From positions 32,001-96,000 of the forward strand of contig JBFMAF010000041.1 in assembly GCA_040755995.1 (NCBI GenBank): a stretch of DNA of 64,000 nucleotides. The letters are read 5' to 3'. The stretch comes from Acidobacteriota bacterium (GTDB lineage Bacteria > Acidobacteriota > CAIWXX01). Below the pieces are notes generated by a model. It was not told the DNA's origin. It made no database searches and saw only the letters and a program-made list of their open reading frames with translations. Made by a program: the position numbers and the translations under genes. Shown here one piece after another: positions 20,325-30,800 of this stretch. Numbering within the stretch: position 1 is the stretch's first letter; every line of letters begins with the position of its first letter.

Positions 20325-20510
20325 CTATTGTTCATGCTCTTCCAGGGAGGCGAGGCCGAATGTCTCGATGTGGAACCGGAGCGCCGACCGGGCATCGCGA
20401 AGGGCGTCATCGCAGGTATCCCCCTGCCCGACTACCACCCCCTTGATGCCCACTGGATAGGCAACGCACCCGTCCGGGTGTTTCTCAACGATGATCTTGA
20501 TGCGCTCCAT
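20325..20510 (-). CDS. hicB: HicB-family antitoxin, orphan (no hicA), possibly decaying
   Basis: IIVEKHPDGCVAYP...GQGDTCDDAL...ALRFHIE; TATAAT at 20526-20531 on the minus strand. Confidence 0.7.
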   Translation of the reverse strand: MERIKIIVEKHPDGCVAYPVGIKGVVVGQGDTCDDALRDARSALRFHIETFGLASLEEHEQ

Positions 20511-20645
20511 GTACGACTCGCGCACATTATACCTCGCCTCGACGGTCGCGTGGACACTCCACGTGCGTTTGGCATACACGCGTCGCACAGGGTATCGAAT
20601 CGTTGAGCCCGTTGTGGTCTTCTGACGCGCTGTATAGAATTCGGT

Positions 20646-20939
20646 ATGGACGACGAAGAGTTTGAGAATCCCGAGGCCGTCGAGATACCAATCGACGGGA
20701 CACTCGACCTGCACACGTTTCATCCGAGGGATCTGGACGAGCTGCTGCCGGAGTATCTTCGCGTCTGTCGCGAGCGCGGGATCTTGAGCGTGCGGGTGAT
20801 CCACGGCAAGGGGACCGGTGTGCTCCGAGAGCGTGTAGCGAGCATCGTGAGGCGTCTGCCCGAGGTGGCATCGTTCCGGACGGCGGGTGAGGACGCGGGC
20901 GGCTGGGGCGCGACGCTGGTCGAGCTGCATCCGCCGTGA
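20646..20939 (+). CDS. Smr/MutS2 C-terminal domain protein
   Basis: LDLH, VIHGKGTG and GGWGATLV motifs. Confidence 0.93.
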   Translation: MDDEEFENPEAVEIPIDGTLDLHTFHPRDLDELLPEYLRVCRERGILSVRVIHGKGTGVLRERVASIVRRLPEVASFRTAGEDAGGWGATLVELHPP

Positions 20940-21051
20940 TTCGCTGCCGCGCGGGCGACAGTAGGCCGATGGACCTTGAATTTGCCAATCCCGGCAGGTA
21001 GTATGCTTGAAGTGGGCCGGGGTCATGACAACACCCTGAAGGAGGAAAGCC

Positions 21052-22659
21052 ATGAGACGAGCACGGGCATGGTACATCGCATCGACTGTGTTGATCAGCG
21101 CGTTGCTGCTGGTGCCGACAATCGGTGCAGCCGCGGAGAAGATGCCGACCGCGTTAGGGGCGGAATCCAAGATCGTCGTGAAGCCCGAAGTACGAAATCC
21201 GAAAGAGGTGAAGTCCTCGGCAGCTCCAGTTGGGATACCCGAGAAGTTCATCATAAACCTGCCGCGCGATCCGAATGTCAAGCCGATCGAGCTGCAACCA
21301 TTGCCTGCCGCACTGGCCGGCCGCCAGGACACATCGGTGGTGCCGGGGATGGAAGGTGTCAAGTCTCCGCTGCGGGTGCAGTACCCGTTCGAGCCGGACT
21401 CGTGGGGTGGCATCGGCTACACCGGCTGGATCCCGCCGGACTGCCACATGGCGGCTGGACTGAACCACGTCGTCCTGGTGGTCAACTCGCATTGGGCCGC
21501 CTACGACAAGGTGAATGGAGCGCGCCTGACAGATGTGATCCCCTTTGCCGACTGGTTCAGCAACCAGACCGTCCACGACGAATTCTGCTTCGACCCGAAG
21601 GTCATGTGGGACTCATTCGGCAAGCGGTGGATGATACTGGTCATGTCAGCGGACTTCAACACGGGTGCGTCCGCGTGGCTCCTTTCAGTCTCTCAGACAT
21701 CTGACCCCACCGGCTCCTGGTGGAACTACAGGTTCGACGGCACAAAGGACGGGAACACGCAGACCACCAACTGGGCGGACTACCCGGGGTTCGGCTTCGA
21801 CAAGGCCGGCGTGTATATGACAGCGAACATGTTCGGGACATCGGGCTACTTTCAGTACGTGAAGCTGCGAATCTTGAACAAGTCGAAGCTATACAAGGGG
21901 CAATCGCTGGGCTGGTACGACTTCTGGAGGCTCAATGACGGAACGGAATACGTCTTCACTGTGCAGCCGGCTCACAACTACGCTGGCCAGTCGTTCAACT
22001 ACATGGCGAATGCAGCGTGGGGGAACGGCGTCAATCGGCTCACCGTCTGGAAGGTGACTGGTGCGACCAGCAGCAAGCCGAAGCTCGCTGGTTGGAACGT
22101 GACCGTGAACACGTTCTCGCTCCCACCCGACGCGAAGCAGAAGGGCGGCGGGACGCCGATCAACGTCGGTGACAACCGGCTGCTCAACTGCGTGCTGCGG
22201 AACGGCAAGATCTACACCACGCATGCTATCGCCCAGAACTGGGGAAGCGGCACCGTGTCGGCGATCCGGTGGTATGAGCTGCAGCTATCGGTGCCCCCGA
22301 AGATTCTGCAGCAGGGCACATACGGAGCCAACAAGTATGACTACTATTACCCCTCGGTCATGCCCGACGCGGCCGGTCACATGTATGTGATCTTCAATCG
22401 ATCGAGCGCCAACGAGTTCGTCAGCATCCGCACGACAGGCCGCCAAGCCGGCGACCCTGCCGGCGAGCTCGATCCGAGCGTTCTGCTAACGCCGGGGAAG
22501 GCCAACTACAAGGTTCTCGACGGTGCAGGCCGCAACCGGTGGGGCGACTACAACGGTATCACGCTCGATCCGAGCGCAACCGACCAGGTGTGGGTCCTCA
22601 GCGAATACCCACTGGCGAAGGCCAAGTGGGCGACGACATTCGCGCTGCTGGGGTATTGA
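21052..22659 (+). CDS. secreted hypothetical beta-rich protein (PPD...AAG and RWGDY motifs)
   Basis: signal peptide, Pro-rich N-region, PPDCHMAAG, FDPKV, DYP, RWGDY; GGAGG RBS. Confidence 0.8.
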   Translation: MRRARAWYIASTVLISALLLVPTIGAAAEKMPTALGAESKIVVKPEVRNPKEVKSSAAPVGIPEKFIINLPRDPNVKPIELQPLPAALAGRQDTSVVPGMEGVKSPLRVQYPFEPDSWGGIGYTGWIPPDCHMAAGLNHVVLVVNSHWAAYDKVNGARLTDVIPFADWFSNQTVHDEFCFDPKVMWDSFGKRWMILVMSADFNTGASAWLLSVSQTSDPTGSWWNYRFDGTKDGNTQTTNWADYPGFGFDKAGVYMTANMFGTSGYFQYVKLRILNKSKLYKGQSLGWYDFWRLNDGTEYVFTVQPAHNYAGQSFNYMANAAWGNGVNRLTVWKVTGATSSKPKLAGWNVTVNTFSLPPDAKQKGGGTPINVGDNRLLNCVLRNGKIYTTHAIAQNWGSGTVSAIRWYELQLSVPPKILQQGTYGANKYDYYYPSVMPDAAGHMYVIFNRSSANEFVSIRTTGRQAGDPAGELDPSVLLTPGKANYKVLDGAGRNRWGDYNGITLDPSATDQVWVLSEYPLAKAKWATTFALLGY

Positions 22660-22703
22660 TAGGGAGATCGTTCGGTACCGGACTCGCTGAGGAACAGGGG
22701 AGA

Positions 22704-22780
22704 AGTTGGCAGTTGCCAGTTGACGGTTGTCAGTACACGGACCCGAGATTCTGACAACTGGCGACCGGCAACTGTCAACT
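22704..22780. repeat. 30-bp imperfect inverted repeat built from AGTTGNC heptamers
   Basis: AGTTGGC AGTTGCC AGTTGAC GGTTGTC AG ... CT GACAACT GGCGACC GGCAACT GTCAACT. Confidence 0.85.
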
Positions 22781-22793
22781 CCGCCCACGACAG

Positions 22794-23033
22794 AAGTTCA
22801 GTTTCATCCATAGCGAATCGGCGTACGAAGTGGTGGACGTCGTTCTGGTTCATCCCTTGGACTTCGAGAAGGCCTTTGAGCGAAAGACGGTGAAGGCCGT
22901 CCAGGGGGTTGAATTCTACCTCGCGTCCATTGATGATCTCATCGAGTCCAAGAGACACAGTGGGCGGCCCCAGGATCTCAGCGACATCGCCCTGTTGCAT
23001 AAGGCGAAGCGCTATCAGGAGGAGGGGAAGTGA
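22794..23033 (+). pseudogene. 3' half of a DUF6036-type nucleotidyltransferase
   Basis: KFSFIHS...VVDVV...LASIDDLIESKRHSGRPQDLSDI; the N-terminal GG..A/DxD motif is absent and the repeat lies in its place. Confidence 0.75.
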
Positions 23034-23221
23034 GCAAGGGCTTCACATACGACCTTGAGGACGAGAAGATCCGTGAGTACATGAAGCTCTCCACCGACGA
23101 CAAGCTGCGCTGGCTGGAGGAGATCGCCGAATTCACCATGGCGGCTCTCGGCGAGAGGGAGAGACGGTTCCGCGAACTGCTCCGCTCCGGTGAGGCGGAT
23201 TTGACGGAGGATCCCGGCTAG
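23030..23221 (+). CDS. small helical partner of the nucleotidyltransferase
   Basis: GGAGG RBS, GTGA overlap with the NTase stop; MKLSTDDKLRWLEEIAEF resembles the 1070..1225 product. Confidence 0.7.
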   Translation: MSKGFTYDLEDEKIREYMKLSTDDKLRWLEEIAEFTMAALGERERRFRELLRSGEADLTEDPG

Positions 23222-23300
23222 CAAGCTTCCCACCACGCAGGTATCGCTCTACGCGGGGCTAGATTTTGACCGCGTGGTGGGTCAGCACGCACTGGGCGAG

Positions 23301-23393
23301 CTCGACTGGCGGGCTCGGAACGTGGAGCTGATTTGTGCGCTGCCGACGGGTGTGATCACGAAGGTGCTCGATCGGGTGAATGCACTGTTGAGC
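23301..23393 (+). pseudogene. mazF: C-terminal fragment of a MazF/PemK endoribonuclease toxin
   Basis: manual translation LDWRARNVELICALPTGVITKVLDRVNALLS matches the MazF C-terminal LDWRAR pattern; not in the ORF track. Confidence 0.65.
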
Positions 23394-23514
23394 TGGCAGG
23401 CTCGGACCTTCTTCAGGATCGCGGTCGCCTCAGTCCGGGCGTGACCTCAAATGGCTCGCCGGGTACTCAGATGCCCCGAGCCCGGGATAATCTCGTGTGT
23501 GCTATACTTCATTT

Positions 23515-23826
23515 GTGAGCGACACCCTCGTCCGCATCAAGAGAGCAGTCTTGGCAGGGCATTACGCGTTCAGTGAAAAGGCCAGTTTGGAATTGGAGGC
23601 GGATGCATTGACCGAACTCGATGTGGTCGAATCCATCGTGAACTCAGTGGCCATCTACAAGACTCTACGCTCCCGAAGTCCGTATCGTAAGGGCGCCAGG
23701 GAGTACCTGCACGTCATCCAAAGCACGAATCTGGAGGGGGTGATGGTTTACAGCAAGGGCAAACTGGTGCAAGAAGCGGGTATCGAAACTTACTACTTCC
23801 TGATTTCATCCAAGAAGGCAGTATGA
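23515..23826 (+). CDS. putative MqsR/DUF4258-like toxin
   Basis: RIKRAVLAGHYAFSEKA...VYSKGK...FLISSK; ATGA-coupled to a YgiT zinc finger gene; TGcTATACT 6 nt before GTG. Confidence 0.65.
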   Translation: MSDTLVRIKRAVLAGHYAFSEKASLELEADALTELDVVESIVNSVAIYKTLRSRSPYRKGAREYLHVIQSTNLEGVMVYSKGKLVQEAGIETYYFLISSKKAV

Positions 23827-24110
23827 CCATGAACGATAGACTTCAGATCAAGAGGTGCCCGACTTGCGGCAATGACAGGATTGAGCGAGTAGTCCGTGAT
23901 GTAACCCGCAGCTACGAAGGGCACTCCTACACTGTCCCCGCCGTGGAGTTTTATCATTGCCGCAAGTGCGGCGAAAAGGTCTACGACCGCGAAGCGATGC
24001 TGAAGATCGAGGCCTTTTCGCCCGCCTACCGCAAGAGGCGCGCATTAGCTGGTGCCCGGACTCATAGTATCGCGGCTGAAACGACAAGTGGCCGCGCAAC
24101 AGGCGGGTGA
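23823..24110 (+). CDS. YgiT-type (MqsA N-terminal) zinc finger antitoxin without HTH
   Basis: CPTCG...VPAVEFYHCRKCGE. Confidence 0.85.
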   Translation: MTMNDRLQIKRCPTCGNDRIERVVRDVTRSYEGHSYTVPAVEFYHCRKCGEKVYDREAMLKIEAFSPAYRKRRALAGARTHSIAAETTSGRATGG

Positions 24111-24231
24111 GGCCGACCAACCACTTTCGCCACCGAAGCCCGACGAGGCCATCCTGGAAGGCCTGTGGCTCGAACCACGCGCCCTGATGCCACATCACAG
24201 CCGCGCGGGCCCGCACCGCCCATCGTCAGCG
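24094..24231 (+). mobile_element. degenerate integron attC-like site
   Basis: GCGCAAC-AGGCG-GGTGAGGC...GGCCCGCACC-GCCCATC-GTCAGCG follows the R''-L''...L'-R' layout. Confidence 0.4.
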
Positions 24232-24452
24232 CGCTGCGGCGAGTTTGGCGTATGCCTGATCTTGGCGTTGTGGACGTGCTCGCATCGGATCTCGCGACGA
24301 TGGAGCACTCGATGACCACCTTTCACCCTCGTCCCCGAGACGCCCTACAGCTGGCGGCCATGATACGCATCGGATGCCTGGACATCCTGAGCACCGACGC
24401 GCACTTCGATCGTGTGCCCGACGTCCGTCGCTTCACGCTCTCTGATTCGTAG
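24225..24452 (+). pseudogene. vapC: C-terminal fragment of a PIN/VapC toxin
   Basis: PRDALQLAAM...ILSTDAHFDRVP; the N-terminal catalytic Asp region is missing. Confidence 0.75.
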
Positions 24453-24888
24453 GCACGCGCGCGCCGCATTCCTGCGTGCCGCACCGTCTCTGGTCACTGG
24501 GGCCCAGGAGGCCGCAGTAGAGTACGTTGGGCGTCCTGGGATCGACGACCAAGTCCGCGATACCGAAGAGCCAGCCGGGGCGGTTGAATACTTTCGTCCA
24601 GCTACCTCCTCCGTAGAGGCTTCGGAACAATGTCTGCTGCTCTCAGACCAGATAGAGCTGGGCCGGGCACGACGGCGCAATCGCCATTTGATCGACCGCG
24701 ACCCCCTCGGGGCCCATCCATTCCCATCTTGCAGAGGTGGATGAGCCTGCATCAACTCGATCCGTCAGACGACATACCACCCCAGAGAAGATAAGCGACG
24801 CCATGGCGACCCGCAGCAACACGGGCGTCTTGGGCCTCTCCTGCGCCGGCCTCCCCGTATCGTGCGACCTGCCGGCTGTCCGAATCAC
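24433..24888 (-). pseudogene. decayed secreted BNR/Asp-box beta-propeller gene
   Basis: WEWMGPEG...AIAPS..LYLV*EQQTLFRSLYGGGSW...LVVDPRTPNVLY; in-frame TGA at 24643-24645, then truncated. Confidence 0.65.
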
Positions 24889-24899
24889 ACGACCTTCAC

Positions 24900-27800
24900 T
24901 CACTCCACCACGACCCGGTCGCTGGAGCCGCGGCCGAAGGTTTCTGGAGCGTACATCTCTTCGGCTCGCGTCGGCGGCACTACGAAGTCGCCCGGAGTGG
25001 TGGCGCGGGCCACGTACGAGTACGTCCAGACGCCTTCCCAGAGCAGCGACGCAAACGCCTCGACGCGTTCGTCCCGCATGTTCTGATGGTCGAACCAGGG
25101 CCGTATCCACCACCACCACTTGCCCGCGTAGCCGGGGCCTCCGAGGCCTCCAGCTCCGATCGTGGCCGCGTCGCTTGCGGGACCCTGCGGCATGCTCCCA
25201 GTCACCGCCAGCGCGGGGTTGAGGGCTTCGAGTCCCGCGGGCATCGGATCTACCAGCGCCACGTGGTACCGGCGCGCAGCCGCCACCATCGTGAGCGTCA
25301 CGCGGACGCGCGCCCCGGCCTTCATGTGCCAGACACCCTGCGGATCGCGCTTGACGTCGCCAGGGTTGTCGACGGCCTCATACCGCCGCTCGACCGTGAA
25401 GCCGTGGTCGGCCGGATCGAGCTTCAGGCTGGACGGCGCGTACTGCATGCCGATACGGTAGTACAGCCGGCCCTTGCCCTGCTTGGCCAGAACCAGATCG
25501 ACAGGCGACGGCTCGCCGGCAACGTACTTCATCGGGATCTCGATGTGCGAGCGATCGGCGGAGTAGCCCTTGAACGCGTGCTCGCCCGCGTACGTCTCGC
25601 CCAGCCACGCGCGCGCGACGAAGTCAGGCGTCACCTTCTCGTACGTATTGAAGTAGCGATCCAGCGCGAGCAGGATGAAGGCGTTCTCTTGCGTGTTGTT
25701 CCAGCGGCCGGCCCGGCGATGAGCCAGGAGGCCCGCGACTAGCTTCGGGATCAGGTCGCTCTTCGGCTGATCGCCGATCAGCGCTTCCAGAAGCACCCCG
25801 TCGACTCTGCGGTTCGAGTAGAGCAGCAGGTGAGCACCATCGCTGTACGAGACCACGAAGTTCGCTGCGCCTGCAGTCTCGACCACTCTGTTCCCGATGA
25901 ACCGGCGGATCTCGGCGACCTGCGCGGCCGACTTCGGGTCGCCTGAAAGAACCGGAAGCAACCAGCCGATCGCCTCCATCTGGAGCTTGTCCAGCCCGGC
26001 CTTGAGCAGCAGCTCCCGCGCGGCCGGCGCGTCAGTTTCGCCCAGCCGCATGCGCACGTACAGAGCATACGCCGTGAGTGTCCAGCGGACCTCGTCGGGA
26101 TAGTTGTCGGGGATGTGCGACTCGATCTCCTTCAGGTACTCGTGCGCCGACTCGAGCATCTGGGGCGGAACCGCGAAGCGCTTCTCGCGAGCCCGCTCCA
26201 GTGCGTGTGCCACGTGAATGCTCACGTACGGCCAGGACTCGTCGCCCCGCCGCCAGAATCCCCATCCGCCATCCGAGTTCTGCAGCTTACGCAGGCGATC
26301 GATGTCGCGATCCACTGCCTTGGCGATCTCCTCGGGCGCCGGCAGCCCCTCGGCCGCGAACGCAGTCAGCACATCGCGGAGAGCCGCAACAGCGATCACG
26401 CGCGACGCGAGCTGCTCGGCGCAGTCGAACGGGTAGTTCACCAGGTACAGGACAGCGTCGGTGAGGGCATGAAGCGCCGTCGAGGATGTCGTGATCTCCA
26501 AACCGCCGAACTCCTTCACGACGTCCCGTGGAGCCGCCACCGGCAGCGCGATGGCTCCTTCGTCAATCTGACCGTACGTAGCGAATGCCTCGGTGGTCGC
26601 GGGAGTCCACACAGGGAAAGCGACCTCGGCCGCATCCGCCCAGTCGCCGGAGACGGCTCCAACCTGGACCCGCGCCTTGCCCGCCATCGCGGCCGCAGCG
26701 GGCAGTCGCACTTCGACGCGATCGTTTGCAGGCACCGTGACGCGCCTGCCGGCTCCGTCCGTGAGCCTCATGTTGACCGCCCGAACAGCGACGTCGACTT
26801 CCACAGCACCGTCGGTCTGGTTCTGCACGACCAGCGGCAGCTCATACTTGTCGCCGAAGTTGAGAAACCTCGGCGGCGACGGGCGCACCATCAACGGCAG
26901 CCGCGCCGTGATCGTCGATTCGCCGGACCCAAACTGCCGGGTCCCTGCGACTGCGACCGCCATGATGCGATAGCGAGTCAGGCTGTCCGGGAGCTTCACG
27001 GGCACGCTCGCATGTCCCTGCGAATCCGTCGGGAGGCCTGGCGCGAATAGAGCCAGCGCGCTGAAATCGGTGCGGACGCGGATGGGCGGCGGTGCCGCAC
27101 CGGGGGCCGATGGCATGGCCATGCGGGCCATCGGGGCCGCGGCCGGAGGCGGCATCGGCATGGCCTCTTCCATCGCCATCGTGACTCCGCCTGCCACTCC
27201 TCCCTCAGCACCCTCGCCCAACGATTCGGGCAGCAGCCCCATCGGTCTCGACAGCAAAACCTGCTCGCGGAAGTATGTGTCCTCGGCGCCCGCGTCACGA
27301 TCGCTGTAGAAGATCGAAAGCGGGTTCGGCAGCCGATAGCCCGTGAGCGAAAGCACGGACTCGTCGACCACGACCAGCGCGATCTCGCCGCCTGCCACTG
27401 GCTTGCCATCGGCGTCCCGCAGCTCTGCGTCGACCACCGTATCACCGCCCGGCTCGAGCTTGTTCATGCGCGGCGTCACCTTGAGTGCGAGCGTGCGGCT
27501 GCGCGGCGGCACAGAGATCTCGATATCCCCCTTCGCGAAGGCCGGACGGGCCGGCAGACGAGCGTCCGGCGTGCCGTCGTCGCGCGTGCGCGGAGCCGAC
27601 CCGGCGAGGTCGACCTGAACGTAGAGGTTGGGCACGTAGCCGTCTTCGATCCTGACTTTGACTATCTGCGACGCTCCGGTCATGTGCAGCCGTTCCGTGT
27701 GGAAGATCCCGTTGCGGCGCAGCGTCAGCACGCCATCGGCAGGCGCGAACGGAGTGATCACGAGAATCTCTGCCATGTCGCCCGCCTGGTACTCTTTCTT

Positions 27801-30800
27801 GTCAGGTATGAGGGTGACCTTCTCTTGCTCGACGTTGCGCTTCGGAGGCAGCTTGCCCCCCGCGACCCACATCGTCATCTCGCTGCGGTTTGCCCTGTCC
27901 TTGTCGTCGACGACCGTAGCGGAGATCCGGTAGCGCCCGCCTTCTTTGGTCTGGAACGTGCATCGCGTCGGCGCGTCAGCGGCCGAGACTACGACACAAT
28001 CCTGCGGGTCCACTTCCTTCTCGCGCCAATCGCCTCTCTCCTGCACCCATTCGAGCCGCACGGCGCGCATGTCCACTCGGCGGCCCGCGACGGCCTTGCC
28101 ATCCATGTCGACGACGATTGAGTCGATCTTCATCGGGTCTCCGCGTTGTACGAACACTCGGTCGCACTTGATGCCGACGTAGAGGTCGGAAGGATGGACG
28201 AGCATGATGGTGGAGGCGCTCCAGGCCTGCCTGTTCACATCCATCACCGTGGCCTCGGCCTTCACGTTCGACGGTCTCGGCGGATTCGCCGAGACGAAGT
28301 CTATGCGCAGATGGTGCCTGCCGGCCGGGTCGGTTCGCGCCGTGTACTGTTCGGTGCGATCCGCGGCGCGGCTCTCGGAATCGGATTCCCACCATGGAGT
28401 CCAGAAGCCGAAGATGTAGTCGTCGCGATTGGGCGGGACGAACTGACCCGGAGACGATGTAACGCGCCAGGTGGTCTCAGCATTCGCGAGGCCGCCGCCT
28501 GCGTAATAGGATGCCGTCACGCTTAGGTCAGCATTGCCTCCTACGAAGTAAGGCCCCTCGCTCGGCTTGACGTTGACTTCGTACTCGGGCCGGCGGAACT
28601 CCTGCACCTGGAACCCGTGGCCATAGCTGCAGCCGCCCGCGCCCGGCGGCTCGGGGTACAGACTCATCTCGACCGTGGCAAAACCGAGGTTCATGGTTGC
28701 AGGGAGCTTGATTGAGAAATCGAACCCGCCGAGGGCTCCAACCTTCGCCCGGCCATCCACTATCTTGTTCCGCTGCGAATCGAGCACGTTGTAGAGCAGG
28801 TCTATGGCGGATGTGTCGATGGCGCCGATGTCGCCTCCCTTGCTCATCCCCATGCGCCTGATCCAGCCCTTGATCCGGACCTCTTCGCCGGGCCGGTACA
28901 TGCTGCGATCGTCGAAGACGCACCACCGAACCGTGTCGGACGCGTGCATGCGGCGCCACTCGCCGCCGCCCCACATGCTGGTCGATGCAGGCAGCATCGC
29001 GGCATCGTCGCCGCGCCGCGCGACGAGCAGCCCGCAGGGCTCGTCAGGGAGCTCCAGGCTTGCCGTTCCGCCGGCATCGGTCCTCCCGGCAGTGCGCGAG
29101 GGGAGGAGTCGCACCTCGGCGTCGCGGATCGGGCTGCCGTCTTTCAGAGCCGTCACCCAGGCGGTGAGCGATCCGCCCTCGGAGAAGGCGTCGAGCGCCA
29201 GCTGTGTCACCTGTATCCAGATCCTCACGCTCTGGCGCCTCCACCTTTCCTTCGGTTGCTTGAGCGGTTCCACTACGAGCACGACCTGGCCGAAGCCGCG
29301 AGAGAGCGCCGGCGCGAGATCGATCGGCGTCTCGACCAGGTCGTCGGGCACGGTGCTGAGGTCGAGGGTCTTGGACACGACCCTGCGCCCGGGCGGCTCG
29401 ATCGCGCGCCTCTCGTCATCTGCGTCGCGCAAGTACTCGATGTACCTCGGCCAGTCCTCGGGCTGCACCGCATATATACGCACTTTCAGCGATGCGTGGT
29501 TGATCGTGTAGACCGAGTAGCGCGGCGGCCCGAACGGATCGGCCACGACGATGGTGTTGCCTTGTGCCCAGAGCGTCTGCTCCGCGGGGCCGACCTTGAA
29601 AGTGAGGGTCACGTCTTTTCCCAAGGTCTGGCCGAACTGGTCGGGGATGCTGCCCGCCAGCGTCACCCTGTAGGCAGTCCTCCCCCTGGACCGCCCTCGG
29701 ATGCTCAGCTCGGACCAGCTGACCGCCGCAGTCATCGCCGGGAGAGGCGGATCGACGCGGATCATGGACTTGTCGAATGCCTTCTCATCGATCGGGTTGC
29801 TGAAACGGATCAACCATGGTGCCATCGGCCTGCACTTGTCATCCCACCCGCAACGATGGTCGACCACGACCATGGGACCGTATGTCCTGAACGTGTAGCC
29901 CTGCGACTCCGCGCTCTTCCTCGGCCCCTCGGCACTCGGTGTGCCCGGCCCGACGGTGACCTGCACGGCCGAATCTGCGGGCAGGAGCTTCTCGGAGCGG
30001 AACGCGAGCCAGCGGCCTTCACCGGTCCCCTCGGCCAACGCGCTCACGCTCTGATCCGCCGCTACCTCTTCTTTGGTCGCGAGACGGAGCGACAGGCTCT
30101 CGGATCCAGACTTCACGCGGATGCTCCGAAGCACCTCAGCTGGACTGATCCTCTGGTCAAAGGCGGCGAACATCAGCGCATCGCGGCGAACCGGGCCGGC
30201 GACAGGATGAGAGGTCGTCATTCGTGGCGACGGAGTGGAGAATGTCCAGCGGTAGGCCTCGCTCAACTTCCCGCCGACCGCAGACTCGGTGCCCGCCGGC
30301 ACCTCCGCCTGGTACACCGTGGCCATCGGGAATCGGCCCTTCGGCTCGAACAGCAGCGTCTGCGTGCCGATCCAGCGCCACTTGCCAGGAGGCTCAGGTG
30401 TCAACCTGACCGGGACCGCGAGCTTCGCGAGCTCGTCGTGCGAGGTGACGGCGACCATCGGGTGCGAGAACGTGATGCTGAGATGCGGCGCAATCGGCAC
30501 CTCGCCCTCGGGCTCCGACCGCTCCACCTTCAGCGGACGCAGCTGCACCTGGGCCACCGGGCCTTCGGCCACCGCGCTCGGCGGGAATTGCTCTGCGATC
30601 GTCCTGCCCGGCCGAGGAGGCGGCAGGGATTTCTCGCGTATCGCGAACTCCTTCTGTTCTGACGGTAGGCCCTCCAGCGGCGGCATCCTGTCCAGCACGA
30701 GCTGGACCTCTGCTTCGCTCAGCCGGACCACTTCGGCGGCCACCGGCACCAAGGGTGCCGCCGCGCTCTCGGCACCCTCGCTCAGTCGAAATCTCAATCC

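Noticed and set aside
20511..21413. 362-aa ORF 20325..21413
   Set aside because: Only the last 61 aa (HicB) look real; the rest is antisense to the Smr gene and the secreted protein
24643..24645. In-frame TGA as selenocysteine
   Set aside because: Not a redox motif context, no SECIS-like hairpin recognised, and the gene is truncated anyway
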